A stretch of DNA of 56,898 nt, the filler included, from Sandaracinaceae bacterium (GTDB lineage Bacteria; Myxococcota_A; Polyangia; Polyangiales; JADJQN01): assembly GCA_947483975.1 (NCBI GenBank). It is 3 parts of 3 records of this genome, joined end to end, with 100 filler letters (N's around TTAATTAATTAA, not from the genome) between each part and the next. Parts side by side here need not be neighbours in the genome. Positions count along the whole stretch, not along the records: positions 38,064 to 56,898 come from CANKOL010000063.1; 2 more parts are not named here. The stretch is one strand, 5' to 3'. The position numbers and the translations under genes were made by a program. Under the pieces are notes generated by a model. It did not search any database. It saw only the letters and a list, made by a program, of their open reading frames with translations, and was not told where the DNA came from. Shown piece by piece: positions 38,066 to 49,575 of the stretch. Position 1 is the first letter of the stretch; each line of letters starts with the position of its first letter.

Positions 38066-39946
38066 GCTGAGGCCTCCGTGCGCACCTTCGGCGCGGCGTC
38101 CCGCCCGAGCACCCTCGCGCACCTCGCCGAGGCGTTCGACGCGCGCGAGGACGACACCCGCATCGGCGCAGCCGTGCGCGTCGCGACCGAGGGCGCGGAC
38201 GTCGGCGCGGTCGTCGTCGTCTCGGACGGCGCCGATCACACCGAGGGGCTGCGCGCAGAGTCGCTCGCACGTCTCGGCGTGAAGGTGCACGTCGTCGCGC
38301 TCGGCGCGCGCGCGCAACTCCGCGACGACGCCATCGCCAGCGTCGAGGCCGACGCGACGACGTTCTTGCGGCAGCCCGCCCGCGTGCGCGTCGTCGTGCG
38401 CTCGACGGGAGGCGAGGGCGGTCCCCTCCCCATCACGCTCCGCAGCGGCGCCACGGTGCTGCGCGAGGCCGTCGTCGACGTGCCCGCGGGCGGCGAGGCG
38501 GCGCTCGAGCTTCCGTTCACGCCCGACACGCTCGGGCGCGCCGCGTTCACCGTCTCGATTCCCGTCGCGCAGGGCGACGATGTGCCCGAGAACAACGAGC
38601 GCGCGTTCCTCGTGCGGGTCGTGCGCGACAAACTGCGCGTGCTCCTCGTCTGTGGTCGACCGAGCTCCGACGAGCGCTTCTTGCGCGCGTTCCTCAAGCG
38701 CGATCCGTCCATCGATCTGATCTCCTTCTTCATCCTGCGCAGCACCTCCGACCTCACGATGTCGTCGAGCAACGACCTCGCGCTGATCCCATTCCCGACC
38801 GACGAACTCTTCAGCGAGCACCTCGGCTCGTTCGACCTCGTGCTCTTTCAAAACTTCGACTTCGCGCCCTATCAGATGGAGCAGTACCTCTCGAACGTGC
38901 GCGACTACGTCGGGCGCGGGGGCTCGTTCGGGATGATCGGCGGGGAGCTCTCCTTCGCTGGAGGCGCGTACGCAGAGACGCCGATCGCGGACGCGCTGCC
39001 CGTCGTCGTCCCGCCGACCTCGACGCCCGAGACAGAGGCGATCGACACGACGACGTTTCGCCCCGAGGTCTCCGCGGAGCTCGGTCGTCATCCGCTCGTG
39101 ATGCTGCAGCCTGACCGCGCGCAGAGCGCCGCTGCGTTTCGCTCGCTCGCGCCGCTGCACGGAGTGAACGTCGTGCGTGGGCTGCGCGGCGATGGCAGCG
39201 CGCTGCTCGTGCACCCCACGCTGCGCGACAGCACCGGCAAGCCCCTGCCGGTGCTCGCGGTCGGCACGATGGGCAAGGGTCGCACGCTCGCGCTGATGAC
39301 GGACGAGAGCTGGCGCTGGGGCATGGCGACCGCGGGCGCGACGGGCGATGCCACCGCCTACGATCGCTTCTGGGATCGCGTCGTGCGTTGGCTCGCGCGG
39401 GACCCGGCGCTCGAGGCGGCGCAGCTCACGACCGACCGCAGCTCGTATGGTCCGCGGGGCCGCGTCACCGCCGACGCGCTCCTGCGCGACGCTCGCTACG
39501 AGCCGCTCGCGGACCGCGCGCTGACGCTGGTCGTGCTGCGCGCGGAAGAAGAGATCTCGCGCGTCGTCGGGCGCACGGACGGAGACGGTCAGGCGCACCT
39601 CGAGTTCACCGCGCCCGAGCAGCCGGGGGCGTATCGCGTCGTCGCGCGCGTCGAGGGCGCGCCGACGCCGCTCGCTTCTGAGGTCTTCGTCGTGGAGACG
39701 GGAGGCGATGAGCTCGCCGACCCGCGCGCTCGCCCCGAGCTTCTCCGCGCCATCGCCGCGGCGACGGGAGGCTCGTACTACGCCGACCCCGCGGATGCGC
39801 CCGCGCTCTCGCGCTTCGACACGACGCGCACCCGCTCGCTCGGCACGACCGAGAGCGCGCCGTTCGCGACGTGGCCCGCCGTGCTCTGCGTCGCCCTGCT
39901 CTTCGCGGCGGAGTGGCTCGTGCGGCGCCGTTGGGGCCGGACGTAG
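38066..39946 (+). CDS. VWA / Ig-like / class I glutamine amidotransferase-like membrane protein, 5'-truncated
   Basis: T.IG.A...VVVSDG (VWA-like); ENN; LRVLLV.GRPS...RFLR..LKRDP; GG.F.MIGG; G.GR......SWRW; C-terminal EW..RR.WG TM. Confidence 0.8.
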   Translation, partial: AEASVRTFGAASRPSTLAHLAEAFDAREDDTRIGAAVRVATEGADVGAVVVVSDGADHTEGLRAESLARLGVKVHVVALGARAQLRDDAIASVEADATTFLRQPARVRVVVRSTGGEGGPLPITLRSGATVLREAVVDVPAGGEAALELPFTPDTLGRAAFTVSIPVAQGDDVPENNERAFLVRVVRDKLRVLLVCGRPSSDERFLRAFLKRDPSIDLISFFILRSTSDLTMSSSNDLALIPFPTDELFSEHLGSFDLVLFQNFDFAPYQMEQYLSNVRDYVGRGGSFGMIGGELSFAGGAYAETPIADALPVVVPPTSTPETEAIDTTTFRPEVSAELGRHPLVMLQPDRAQSAAAFRSLAPLHGVNVVRGLRGDGSALLVHPTLRDSTGKPLPVLAVGTMGKGRTLALMTDESWRWGMATAGATGDATAYDRFWDRVVRWLARDPALEAAQLTTDRSSYGPRGRVTADALLRDARYEPLADRALTLVVLRAEEEISRVVGRTDGDGQAHLEFTAPEQPGAYRVVARVEGAPTPLASEVFVVETGGDELADPRARPELLRAIAAATGGSYYADPADAPALSRFDTTRTRSLGTTESAPFATWPAVLCVALLFAAEWLVRRRWGRT

Positions 39947-39997
39947 GCCGCAGGGATCGACCTTGACTCCCTCGGAGCGTCGGGCCAAACAGCCGCC

Positions 39998-41005
39998 GTG
40001 TCGCCAAAATCAGCGGGAGTGCGTGGGTCCACCGTCCTCCTTCGTCGAGCGAAATCGCGCGCCGCGCGAGTCGCCTTCTCGCTCGCGCTGAGCGTCGCCG
40101 CGCTCTCCGGATGCGCCGACGGCAAGGTGACCTGTCGCGTCGGAACCGACTGCGCGAGCGGGATGTGCGGCTCCGACGGGACGTGCCTTCGCGGCGTCGA
40201 CGGGGGGCACGCCGACGCGGGTCCCGAGCCGCTCGACGCCGGTGACGTCCCCGACGCGACGAGCCCCGACGACACCGGCGTGCCCTTCGACGGCGGCGTG
40301 CTCGTGTGCGCGCCGGACCACGACGGCGTCGTGACGCGCGCCGAGGTGCCGCTGCGCGCGGGGCTCCGCGCCAACTTCCGCATCGCGCAGAGCGCCACCG
40401 TCTCGACCGTGGGCACGGTCACCGGCGCCGGTCGGACCTGGGACTTCTCGGGCAGCTACGCCGGCGACCACGACGAGCTGGTCGAGCTCCTCGCGCCCGG
40501 TGCGAACTGGTGGGCGGCGCAGTTCCCGACCGCTACCCACGCGGCCCGCATCTCGGCTTCTTCCGACAACCTCGGCGTTTTCCAGATTACCGATGATTCC
40601 CTGTTGCTGCTCGGCGTCGTCTCGCCGGCGAGCGGCGCGACGCAGACGCTCCTGCGCTACACGCCCGCCGTCAGGGTGCTCGCGTTTCCGCTCGTCGAGG
40701 GCACCGCGTTCACGACGACCTCGGCGGTGAGCGGGTCGGTGTCCGCGGTGCCGGTCTCCTTCACGGAGGTCTACACCTCGACCGTCGACGCCTCGGGCAC
40801 GCTCGTCACGCCGTTCGGCTCGACGCCTGCGTTGCGCGTCCGGACGGAGATGACCCGCACGAGCGTCGGCGTGACGCTGACGAGCCAGCGCCAGTTCACG
40901 TTCGTGGCGGAGTGCTTCGGCATCGCCGCGGTCGTCGTCTCGAACGCGCTCGAGGCCAGCGTGGAGTTCACCACGGCGTCCGAGATGCGGCGCCTTTCGC
41001 CCTGA
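39998..41005 (+). CDS. Hypothetical lipoprotein A (paralogue of 43578-44444)
   Basis: Lipobox LSGC, Cys-rich knot, DAG linker, then C.P..DG.....E, WDF, ECFG and EMRR motifs. Start 39998 or 40019. Confidence 0.75.
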   Translation: MSPKSAGVRGSTVLLRRAKSRAARVAFSLALSVAALSGCADGKVTCRVGTDCASGMCGSDGTCLRGVDGGHADAGPEPLDAGDVPDATSPDDTGVPFDGGVLVCAPDHDGVVTRAEVPLRAGLRANFRIAQSATVSTVGTVTGAGRTWDFSGSYAGDHDELVELLAPGANWWAAQFPTATHAARISASSDNLGVFQITDDSLLLLGVVSPASGATQTLLRYTPAVRVLAFPLVEGTAFTTTSAVSGSVSAVPVSFTEVYTSTVDASGTLVTPFGSTPALRVRTEMTRTSVGVTLTSQRQFTFVAECFGIAAVVVSNALEASVEFTTASEMRRLSP

Positions 41006-41014
41006 GGCCTGACG

Positions 41015-41995
41015 ATGCGCCTCTCGCTCTTCGCGCTCGTCCTCGCCACGCTGTCGTCTGGCTGCTTCGCGTTCTACTCGGGCGCGCTGCCCGACGAGCC
41101 CGCGAACGCGCGCTTCATCTCCCTCGACGGCGTGCGCGTGCACTACGTCGACGAGGGCCACGGCAGCCCCGTCGTGTTGATCCACGGCTTCGCGTCGTCG
41201 CTCGAGACTTGGACCGCGGTGATCCCCGAGCTCGTGCGCCACGGGCACCGCGTCATCGCGCTCGACCTCCGCGGCTTCGGCTGGACCGACCGCCCGCCCG
41301 GCGACTACTCGAGCGAGGCTCAGGCGCGGCTCGTGCTCGCGTTGATGGACCGCCTCGGCGTCGAGCGCGCGGCCATCGTCGGGCACAGCTACGGAGCCGG
41401 CGTGGCGCTGCGCTTGGCGCTGCTCGCCCCGGAGCGAGTCGAGCGCATCGCGCTCTACGATGCTTGGGCCTACAGCGATCAGCTGCCCGCGTTCTTCCAC
41501 GTCGCGCGCATGGACGGTGTCGGCGAGGCGATGTTCGCGACTTGGTACGGGCAGCGCGCGGAGGACCGCATCGCGCTCGCCTTCTACGACCAGCGCTATG
41601 TGACGATCGAGCTCGTCGACGCCGTCGAAGCCGCGCTGCAGAAGCCGGGGACCTACGCCGCGTCTCTCGCGGCGATCCGCGCGATGCACTACGAGACCGT
41701 CGAGAGTCAATACCGCACCATCGAGCAGCCCGTGCTGCTGCTGTGGGGGCGCGAGGACCGCGTCGTGCCGCTCGCCATCGGTGAGCGCATGTCGCGCGAG
41801 CTACCCGGCGCGCGGCTCGTCGTATACCCGGGCTGCGGTCACTTCCCGATGATCGAGCACGCGCGGCAATCGACCGCGGAGCTCGTGCGCTTCCTCGAGG
41901 CTTCTGCTCCCGCGCTCGTTCCCGCGCACCCCGTCAGCAACGTCGAGGCGACCGACGCACAGGCGCCGATCGCCACGGACGGCGCGACGCCATGA
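41015..41995 (+). CDS. Lipoprotein alpha/beta hydrolase
   Basis: Lipobox SSGC; HGF, DLRGFG, GHSYG nucleophile, WG.ED, GHFP. Confidence 0.92.
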   Translation: MRLSLFALVLATLSSGCFAFYSGALPDEPANARFISLDGVRVHYVDEGHGSPVVLIHGFASSLETWTAVIPELVRHGHRVIALDLRGFGWTDRPPGDYSSEAQARLVLALMDRLGVERAAIVGHSYGAGVALRLALLAPERVERIALYDAWAYSDQLPAFFHVARMDGVGEAMFATWYGQRAEDRIALAFYDQRYVTIELVDAVEAALQKPGTYAASLAAIRAMHYETVESQYRTIEQPVLLLWGREDRVVPLAIGERMSRELPGARLVVYPGCGHFPMIEHARQSTAELVRFLEASAPALVPAHPVSNVEATDAQAPIATDGATP

Positions 41996-43581
41996 GCCGC
42001 CTCCACGCCCCGACGCTCGCGCTCGCCTGCGCGTTTGCGCTGCTCACGCCGCGTTCCGCTTCGGCGCAGTTTCACTCGGTCGGCAACGACATCCGCGAGC
42101 ACGACGCGCCCGACAAATTCTCGTTCGAGCTGCACGGCTATCTCCGCACTCGTGGGGAAATTCTCTCCAACCTCGATCTCGACCGTGGCCTCAGCCCGTC
42201 CGGTGAGCCGCTCTTCGCGGTGCCGCTCGACGACCCGAGCGGGCAGAACCTCTATCAGGCGGATATGCGCCTGCGCACCGATGCGTCGGTATACGCGCCG
42301 GGCGGTTCGGTCGCCGTGCATGTGCGCCTCGATCTCATCGACAACCTCACGCTCGGCTCGACGCCGGACGACATCCCCGCGGCGACCGTCGGGCAGCGCT
42401 TCCTCGACAGTTCCATTCATCTGCGGCGCGCGTGGGGCGAGGTGCTCACGCCGTTCGGCCTGCTCACGGTGGGTCGGCAGTCCAACAGTTGGGGTCTCGG
42501 CTTGCTCGCGAACGCTGGGGATTGTCCCGACTGCGATGGCGGCGACGCGGCGGATCGCATCGCCTTCACGACGCCTGTCGCGGGGCTGATCTGGTCGCTC
42601 GCCGTCGACATCTCCTCGACGGGCCCGCTCGGTCAGCGCGCGGCGGGCACACGCGCGGTCGACCTCACGCCGACCGACGACGTCAGCACCGTGACGCTGG
42701 CGGCCCTGCAGTGGCTCGGTGACGCGGCGCGCAAGCGGCGGCACGTCGCGGGGCGCACGAGCACGGAATACGGCGCGTATCTCTCGTATCGCTGGCAGCA
42801 GGGCGATACCCCGACTTCGTATCTGCCGACGAGCACGCCGGTCGGGCTGACCGCCGCGCAGGTCGTGCCGCGCGGGCTCAACGCCATCGCCACCGACGTG
42901 TGGCTCCGCATCGAGCAGCGCGCTTTTCGCCTGGAATTCGAGGGCGCGCTCCTCTACTCGAGCATCGAGTCGACCTCGCTGATCCCGGGCGTGCTCCTGC
43001 GTGACTCAGTCACTGGAACGCAGTTCGGCGGCGCGCTCGAGACAGACTTCCTTCCGCGCGACGGCGCGGTCACCTTCGGACTCGACCTCGGTTATGCGTC
43101 GGGGGACTCGGCGCCCGGCTTCGGCGCGTTCCCGCGCACGCTCCAGGCGAGCCCGCTGCCAGGTGATCTCGACGGTCCGCAGGCGACCCTCCCGTACGAC
43201 ACGACAGTCGACAACTTTCGCTTTCATCCGGACTACCGCGTCGACCGGATTCTCTTCCGCGAGATCATCGGCCGCGTCACGGACGCCTACTACTTCCGCC
43301 CGCACGTGCGCTGGCGCCTGTTCGATCAGCCCTTCGGCACGCTCGCGCTGACCGCGTCGGGGGTCGCCTCGTTCGCCGTGTTCGCGAGCTCGACGCCCGG
43401 CAATCGCAGCCCGCTCGGCGTGGAGATCGACCCGGCGCTGACCTACGAGAGCGGTGACGGCTTCACCGCCGCGGTCGAGTATGCGGTGCTCTTCCCGCTC
43501 TCCGGCTTCTCGAACCCCGAAGCGGGGCTGACCGCGACCCCCGCGCAGCTGCTTCGGCTGCGCCTGCAGCTAGCCTATTGA
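41992..43581 (+). CDS. TIGR04551-like outer-membrane beta-barrel protein
   Basis: Signal peptide (ASAQ); GYLRTR, ADMRLR, RAWGEV.TP.G...GR...WGLG...N.G.C.DCD, FRFHPDYRVD.ILFREI.G; terminal beta-strand ending in Tyr; ATGA overlap. Confidence 0.8.
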   Translation: MSRLHAPTLALACAFALLTPRSASAQFHSVGNDIREHDAPDKFSFELHGYLRTRGEILSNLDLDRGLSPSGEPLFAVPLDDPSGQNLYQADMRLRTDASVYAPGGSVAVHVRLDLIDNLTLGSTPDDIPAATVGQRFLDSSIHLRRAWGEVLTPFGLLTVGRQSNSWGLGLLANAGDCPDCDGGDAADRIAFTTPVAGLIWSLAVDISSTGPLGQRAAGTRAVDLTPTDDVSTVTLAALQWLGDAARKRRHVAGRTSTEYGAYLSYRWQQGDTPTSYLPTSTPVGLTAAQVVPRGLNAIATDVWLRIEQRAFRLEFEGALLYSSIESTSLIPGVLLRDSVTGTQFGGALETDFLPRDGAVTFGLDLGYASGDSAPGFGAFPRTLQASPLPGDLDGPQATLPYDTTVDNFRFHPDYRVDRILFREIIGRVTDAYYFRPHVRWRLFDQPFGTLALTASGVASFAVFASSTPGNRSPLGVEIDPALTYESGDGFTAAVEYAVLFPLSGFSNPEAGLTATPAQLLRLRLQLAY

Positions 43582-44444
43582 TGGAGTCCGTGATGCGAGC
43601 CAGTCCCACTGCACTCCTGCTCTCTCTGCTTCCCGTCGTGACAGCGCTGCTCGGCTGCGGGCCCAATGCCACGCATCCCGTGCGCCCTCCCTTCGAGTCG
43701 GACGGCGCCGTGCCGCCGCTCTCGTGCGTGCCCAACCTCGACGGACGCATCGACGCGCGCGAACTCGAGCCCACCTTCGGTACGCCGGTGTCGTTCCTCG
43801 TGTCGCCCGCCGGCGAGGAGCGCCCGATCGACGTGCTCGGCGCGCCCGCCGCAGATGGCACGCGCCGCTGGGACTTCGGCATCGACTACAGCTCGGACCG
43901 CGTCGCGCGCTCGACCGCGCTCGTGCCCTCGACCTTGTGGTATGGGCCGGATTTTCCCACCGCCGAGGTCTCCGTGCCGACGGATCCGAGCGGTGCGATC
44001 GACGGGCTCTACCGCCTCGACGACGCGGGCTTCTACCTGCTCGGGCTCGCGAGCCACGAGGCGGATCCGCCCGAGGGGCGCACGCTGCTCCCCTACGCGA
44101 CTCCCATCTTGCTCTTTCAGCTTCCGCTGACGCCGGGCGCAGAGTGGATCAGCGCCGCGGACGTCTCCGGCACGGTGCGCGGCTTGCCCTATGCGGGGCG
44201 CGATACCTACGAGAGCCACGTCCCCGCGATGGGCGAGCTCGTCCTGCCCGACCTCAGCTTCACTCAGGCGATGCGCGTCGCGACGCGCGTGACGATCTCC
44301 CCGGCGGCGGGCGCCCCCATCATTCGTCGGCAGAGCACCTTCGTGTTCGAGTGCTTCGGCCAAGTCGCGAGCGTCAGCGCGCGGGACGGCGACGACGTCG
44401 AGGACTTTTCCATCGCGGCCGAGATGCGGCGCTTCGGGCTCTGA
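43578..44444 (+). CDS. Hypothetical lipoprotein B (paralogue of 39998-41005)
   Basis: Lipobox LLGC; CVPNLDG, WDF, FECFG, EMRR; overlaps the barrel stop codon. Confidence 0.78.
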   Translation: MMESVMRASPTALLLSLLPVVTALLGCGPNATHPVRPPFESDGAVPPLSCVPNLDGRIDARELEPTFGTPVSFLVSPAGEERPIDVLGAPAADGTRRWDFGIDYSSDRVARSTALVPSTLWYGPDFPTAEVSVPTDPSGAIDGLYRLDDAGFYLLGLASHEADPPEGRTLLPYATPILLFQLPLTPGAEWISAADVSGTVRGLPYAGRDTYESHVPAMGELVLPDLSFTQAMRVATRVTISPAAGAPIIRRQSTFVFECFGQVASVSARDGDDVEDFSIAAEMRRFGL

Positions 44445-44454
44445 GGAGGACTGA

Positions 44455-44787
44455 ATGACTCTCTTCGACAAGTGGAAGAAGGGATTCGACGCGGTGGAAG
44501 TGCGCGTCGCGAAGCTCTCGAATCGCGTGCTCGAGAACCCCGCGGTGCTCGAGCCGGCAGGGATGCTGCTCTCGTCTCTGATGCGCAGAAAGGCTCGCAC
44601 CGACCGGATGCTGACGAGCGTCTGGAGCGCCGTCGGGCTGCCGAATCGCCGCGATCAAGAGCGCACGCTGCGCCTGCTGACCGTGCTCGAGCGTCGCGTG
44701 ATCGACCTCGAGGAGAAGCTCGACGACGCGCGGGAGGCAGCGAGTCGCGCGCAGCTCGAGAGTGCCATTCCGTCGAGGGAGCGCTGA
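44455..44787 (+). CDS. Small PhaE/PhaR-like PHA synthase partner subunit (110 aa)
   Basis: GAGGAG RBS; W..VGLPNRRDQ...L..LERRV.DLEEKL coiled coil resembling the PhaE C-terminus; two genes upstream of phaC. Confidence 0.62.
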   Translation: MTLFDKWKKGFDAVEVRVAKLSNRVLENPAVLEPAGMLLSSLMRRKARTDRMLTSVWSAVGLPNRRDQERTLRLLTVLERRVIDLEEKLDDAREAASRAQLESAIPSRER

Positions 44788-44790
44788 GTC

Positions 44791-46562
<1,772 letters not shown>

Positions 46563-46566
<4 letters not shown>

Positions 46567-47594
46567 TGCAACCCCGGGAAGCGGTCAGCGGTCTCGCGCG
46601 GTTGTTCGGTCGCCCGGCGCCGCTCGTCGGGCAGACCCCCGCGGACGTGGTGCACGAGGAGAACAAGTGGCGCTTGCTGCGCTATGTGCCGCGCCCCGAT
46701 GGGATCGCGTTTCGCACTCCGGTGCTGCTGATTCCCTCGCTGATCAATCGACACTATGTGCTCGACTTGATGCCCGGAAAGAGCTTTGCGCAGAGCCTCG
46801 TCGCGGCGGGGCACGACGTCTACGTGATCGACTGGGGCACTCCTGAGGCGGAGGATCGCTTCGTGTCGTTCGAGGACATCGTCGTCGGCGCCATCGGGCG
46901 CGCGCTCCGCGTCGCGACCCGCACCTCGGGGGCAGACGCCGCGCACGTGCTCGGCTACTGCCTCGGCGGGACGCTCGCGGTGTTGCACGCGGCGCTCGAT
47001 TCCTCGCGGATTCGCTCGCTCACGCTCGTCGCCGCGCCAGTCGAATTTCACGACGATGGGCTGCTCTCGCGCTGGACGCGGACGAGCACGCTCGACACTG
47101 GCGCGCTCGTCGAGGGCGCGGGCAACGTGCCTTGGCAGCTGATGCAGGGCGCGTTTCAGCTCTTGCGTCCGACGCTCCCGCTCGTGAAGGCGGTGTCCCT
47201 CGCGCAGAAGGCGTGGGACGACCCCTTCCTCGATGGCTTCTTCGCCATCGAGACTTGGGGCAACGACAACGTCAGCTTCCCCGGCGCGTGCTGGCGCACC
47301 TATGTCGAGGAGCTCTATCGCAAGAACGCGCTGCTCGCTGGCTCGCTCCGCGTCGGTGGGCGTCCGGTCGCGCTGTCGGCGCTCCGGACGCCGCTCCTCT
47401 GCGTCACCTTCGAGCATGACGAGATCGTCCCGCACGCGAGCGCGACGGTCGTCCTCGACTACGCCTCGAGCACCGACACCGAGCGCATTCACCTCCCCGG
47501 CGGTCACGTCGGGGCGATGGTCTCGAGCTCTGCGGCGAAGAAGCTCTGGCCGCGCATGCGCGCGTTCTGGGCCGCGCGCGACTCCCACGCTTGA
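46563..47594 (+). CDS. phaC: Class III/IV-type polyhydroxyalkanoate synthase subunit
   Basis: 343 aa; GQTP..VV, P.LINR.YVLDL.P, DWG.P, GYCLGG (catalytic Cys), D.IVP, GGHVG. Confidence 0.88.
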
Positions 47595-47612
47595 ACCCCT
47601 CCGAGAGCCCGA

Positions 47613-48272
47613 ATGCACGCCCCGACTCCCCACGCTTCGTCCCCGACTCCCGCTCTCCCGTTTGGTGAGCCGACGCCGCTCGGCTTGCTCGGGCTCGCGA
47701 TCGGCTGCGGGGCGCTCGTCCCGATCGCCTTTGGCATGATCCCGAGCGACCCGGCGCGCGCAGGCGCGATGTTCTCGACTGCAGCCTGGTTCTGTCTGCT
47801 CTTCGGCGGCGGCTGTCAGTTCCTCGCGGGCGTGATGTCGCTCGCGAACAAGAACACGCTCGGCGGGACGCTGCTGACGACGTTCTCGTTCAACTGGGTG
47901 ATGAACTGGTACGCGCTCTCCGAAGCCTCGCACGGCCGCGCGGTGGATCCGGCCGTCGGCTTCTCGGTGGACGTCACCTTCATCCTCATCTTCCTCGTGC
48001 TCACCTACGCCTTCGGCTTCTATTCGAAGCTGCTCTTCGCGTTCCTCGTCGACATCGACGCGCTCTATCTCCTGCGCATCGTCAAGCACCTCGTCGGACC
48101 GACGCACTCCCTCGCTCCGGCGCTCGGTGTCGGCGTCGGCGTCGCGACCCTGCTGCTGATGGCGCTCGCGCTCTACATCTCGTTCGCGCTCCTCGTGAAC
48201 CCTGCGGCGGGGCGCGCGGTCTTCCCGACGGGCGGAGCGCTCTTTCGCGCGACGCCCCCTCCCGCTGCTTGA
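47613..48272 (+). CDS. GPR1/FUN34/YaaH (SatP/AceTr) carboxylate channel
   Basis: FGEPTPLGLLG (variant of the NPAPLGL motif), FGGGCQFLAG, NTLGGT, FNW; six TM. Confidence 0.82.
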   Translation: MHAPTPHASSPTPALPFGEPTPLGLLGLAIGCGALVPIAFGMIPSDPARAGAMFSTAAWFCLLFGGGCQFLAGVMSLANKNTLGGTLLTTFSFNWVMNWYALSEASHGRAVDPAVGFSVDVTFILIFLVLTYAFGFYSKLLFAFLVDIDALYLLRIVKHLVGPTHSLAPALGVGVGVATLLLMALALYISFALLVNPAAGRAVFPTGGALFRATPPPAA

Positions 48273-48303
48273 GCGCCCGTTGCGCTGAGTCCTGCGGCGA
48301 CTT

Positions 48304-49575
48304 ATGAGAATGCCCATGTTTTATCAGCTCCAAGACCTCTCGCGTCGGGCGCTCACGCCCGTCGCCGCGGCCGCTCGAGTCTCGGCCAAGCTCCTGCGCA
48401 AGGCGCCAGTCCCCGGCGCGCCCTTCGCCGCTGCAGGCTGGGAGCTCGTGCATCGCCTGACGAAGGGCTATCAGCAGCCCGCCTTCGACATCCCGTCGGT
48501 GATGCTCGACGCGGAGGAGCTGCCGCTCAACGAGGAGGTCGTCGTCGAGACTGCCTTCTGTCGCCTCGTGCGCTTTGCGCGCGTCACGACCTCTGCGGAG
48601 ACGCAGGCGCGCCTCGACGCTCAGCCCAAGGTGCTCCTCTGCGCGCCGCTGTCGGGGCATCACGCGACGCTGCTGCGCGACATGGTGCGGAGCCTCGCGC
48701 CCGAGCACGACGTCTACATCACCTGTTGGATCGACGCGAAGGAGATCCCGGTCAAAGCGGGGCGCTTCGGGCTCGACGAGTACATCGAGCATCTGATGCA
48801 GTTCATTCGGCACCTCGGCGCCGCGGATCTGCACCTGATGGCGGTGTGCCAGCCAGCCGTGCCCGCGCTCGCCGCGGTGTCGCTGCTCGCGTCCGCGGGG
48901 GAGCGCACGCCGCGCACGCTGATCATGATGGGCGGCCCGATCGATGGGCGGCGCTCACCGACGGCGGTCAACAAGGTGGCGACGGAGCGCCCGCTCTCGT
49001 GGTTCCGCGACAACCTCGTCTATCGAGTCCCGCTCGGCCATGCAGGTCGCGGACGCCGTGTGTATCCGGGGTTTCTGCAGCTCACGGCGTTCGTGTCGAT
49101 GAACCCCAAGCGACACCTGCACTCGTATCGAACGTATTGGCTCGATCGCATCTCAGGCAAGCAGGAGAGCGCGGCGTCCCACGAGAAGTTCTACGACGAA
49201 TACAACGCGGTCCTCGACATGGACGCGGACTACTACCTCGAGACGGTGCGCGTCGTCTTCCAAGAGCACGCCATCGCGAAGGGCACGATGTCCGTCAGAG
49301 CCCAGAAGGTCGTGCCGAGCGACATCCGCGACACCGCCATCATGACGGTCGAGGGCGCGGACGACGACATCACCGGGGCAGGGCAGACGCACGTCGCGCT
49401 CGAGCTCTGCCGCGGCGTGCCCGCGGAGCGCACGCGCAAGCTGACGGCCGAGGGCTGCGGGCACTACGGGATCTTCTCGGGCAGCAAGTTCCGCGAGTCG
49501 ATCTTCCCGGAATTGCGCGCGTTCATCCGCCAGCATCACCAGGCGTCGCCAGCCGCGCTCGCGAGCCCGCAGTGA
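48304..49575 (+). CDS. phaZ: Intracellular PHB depolymerase (PhaZ1/PhaZa type)
   Basis: APLSGHHATLLR, AVCQP (catalytic Cys), MGGPID, GRRVYPGFLQL, FYDEY.AV.D, DDITG.GQT, GHYGIF.G. Confidence 0.94.
   Translation: MRMPMFYQLQDLSRRALTPVAAAARVSAKLLRKAPVPGAPFAAAGWELVHRLTKGYQQPAFDIPSVMLDAEELPLNEEVVVETAFCRLVRFARVTTSAETQARLDAQPKVLLCAPLSGHHATLLRDMVRSLAPEHDVYITCWIDAKEIPVKAGRFGLDEYIEHLMQFIRHLGAADLHLMAVCQPAVPALAAVSLLASAGERTPRTLIMMGGPIDGRRSPTAVNKVATERPLSWFRDNLVYRVPLGHAGRGRRVYPGFLQLTAFVSMNPKRHLHSYRTYWLDRISGKQESAASHEKFYDEYNAVLDMDADYYLETVRVVFQEHAIAKGTMSVRAQKVVPSDIRDTAIMTVEGADDDITGAGQTHVALELCRGVPAERTRKLTAEGCGHYGIFSGSKFRESIFPELRAFIRQHHQASPAALASPQ

Noticed and set aside
38066..39946. VWA/GATase-like gene as part of the PHA cluster
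   Set aside because: It is co-oriented, but this family normally belongs to MoxR/VWA operons that would lie upstream beyond the gap; there is no evidence of functional linkage.
48726..49571. N-terminal extension giving the 618-aa ORF 48726-50582
   Set aside because: Arg-rich out-of-frame overlap with phaZ; the signal peptide and lipobox begin at GTG 49572.
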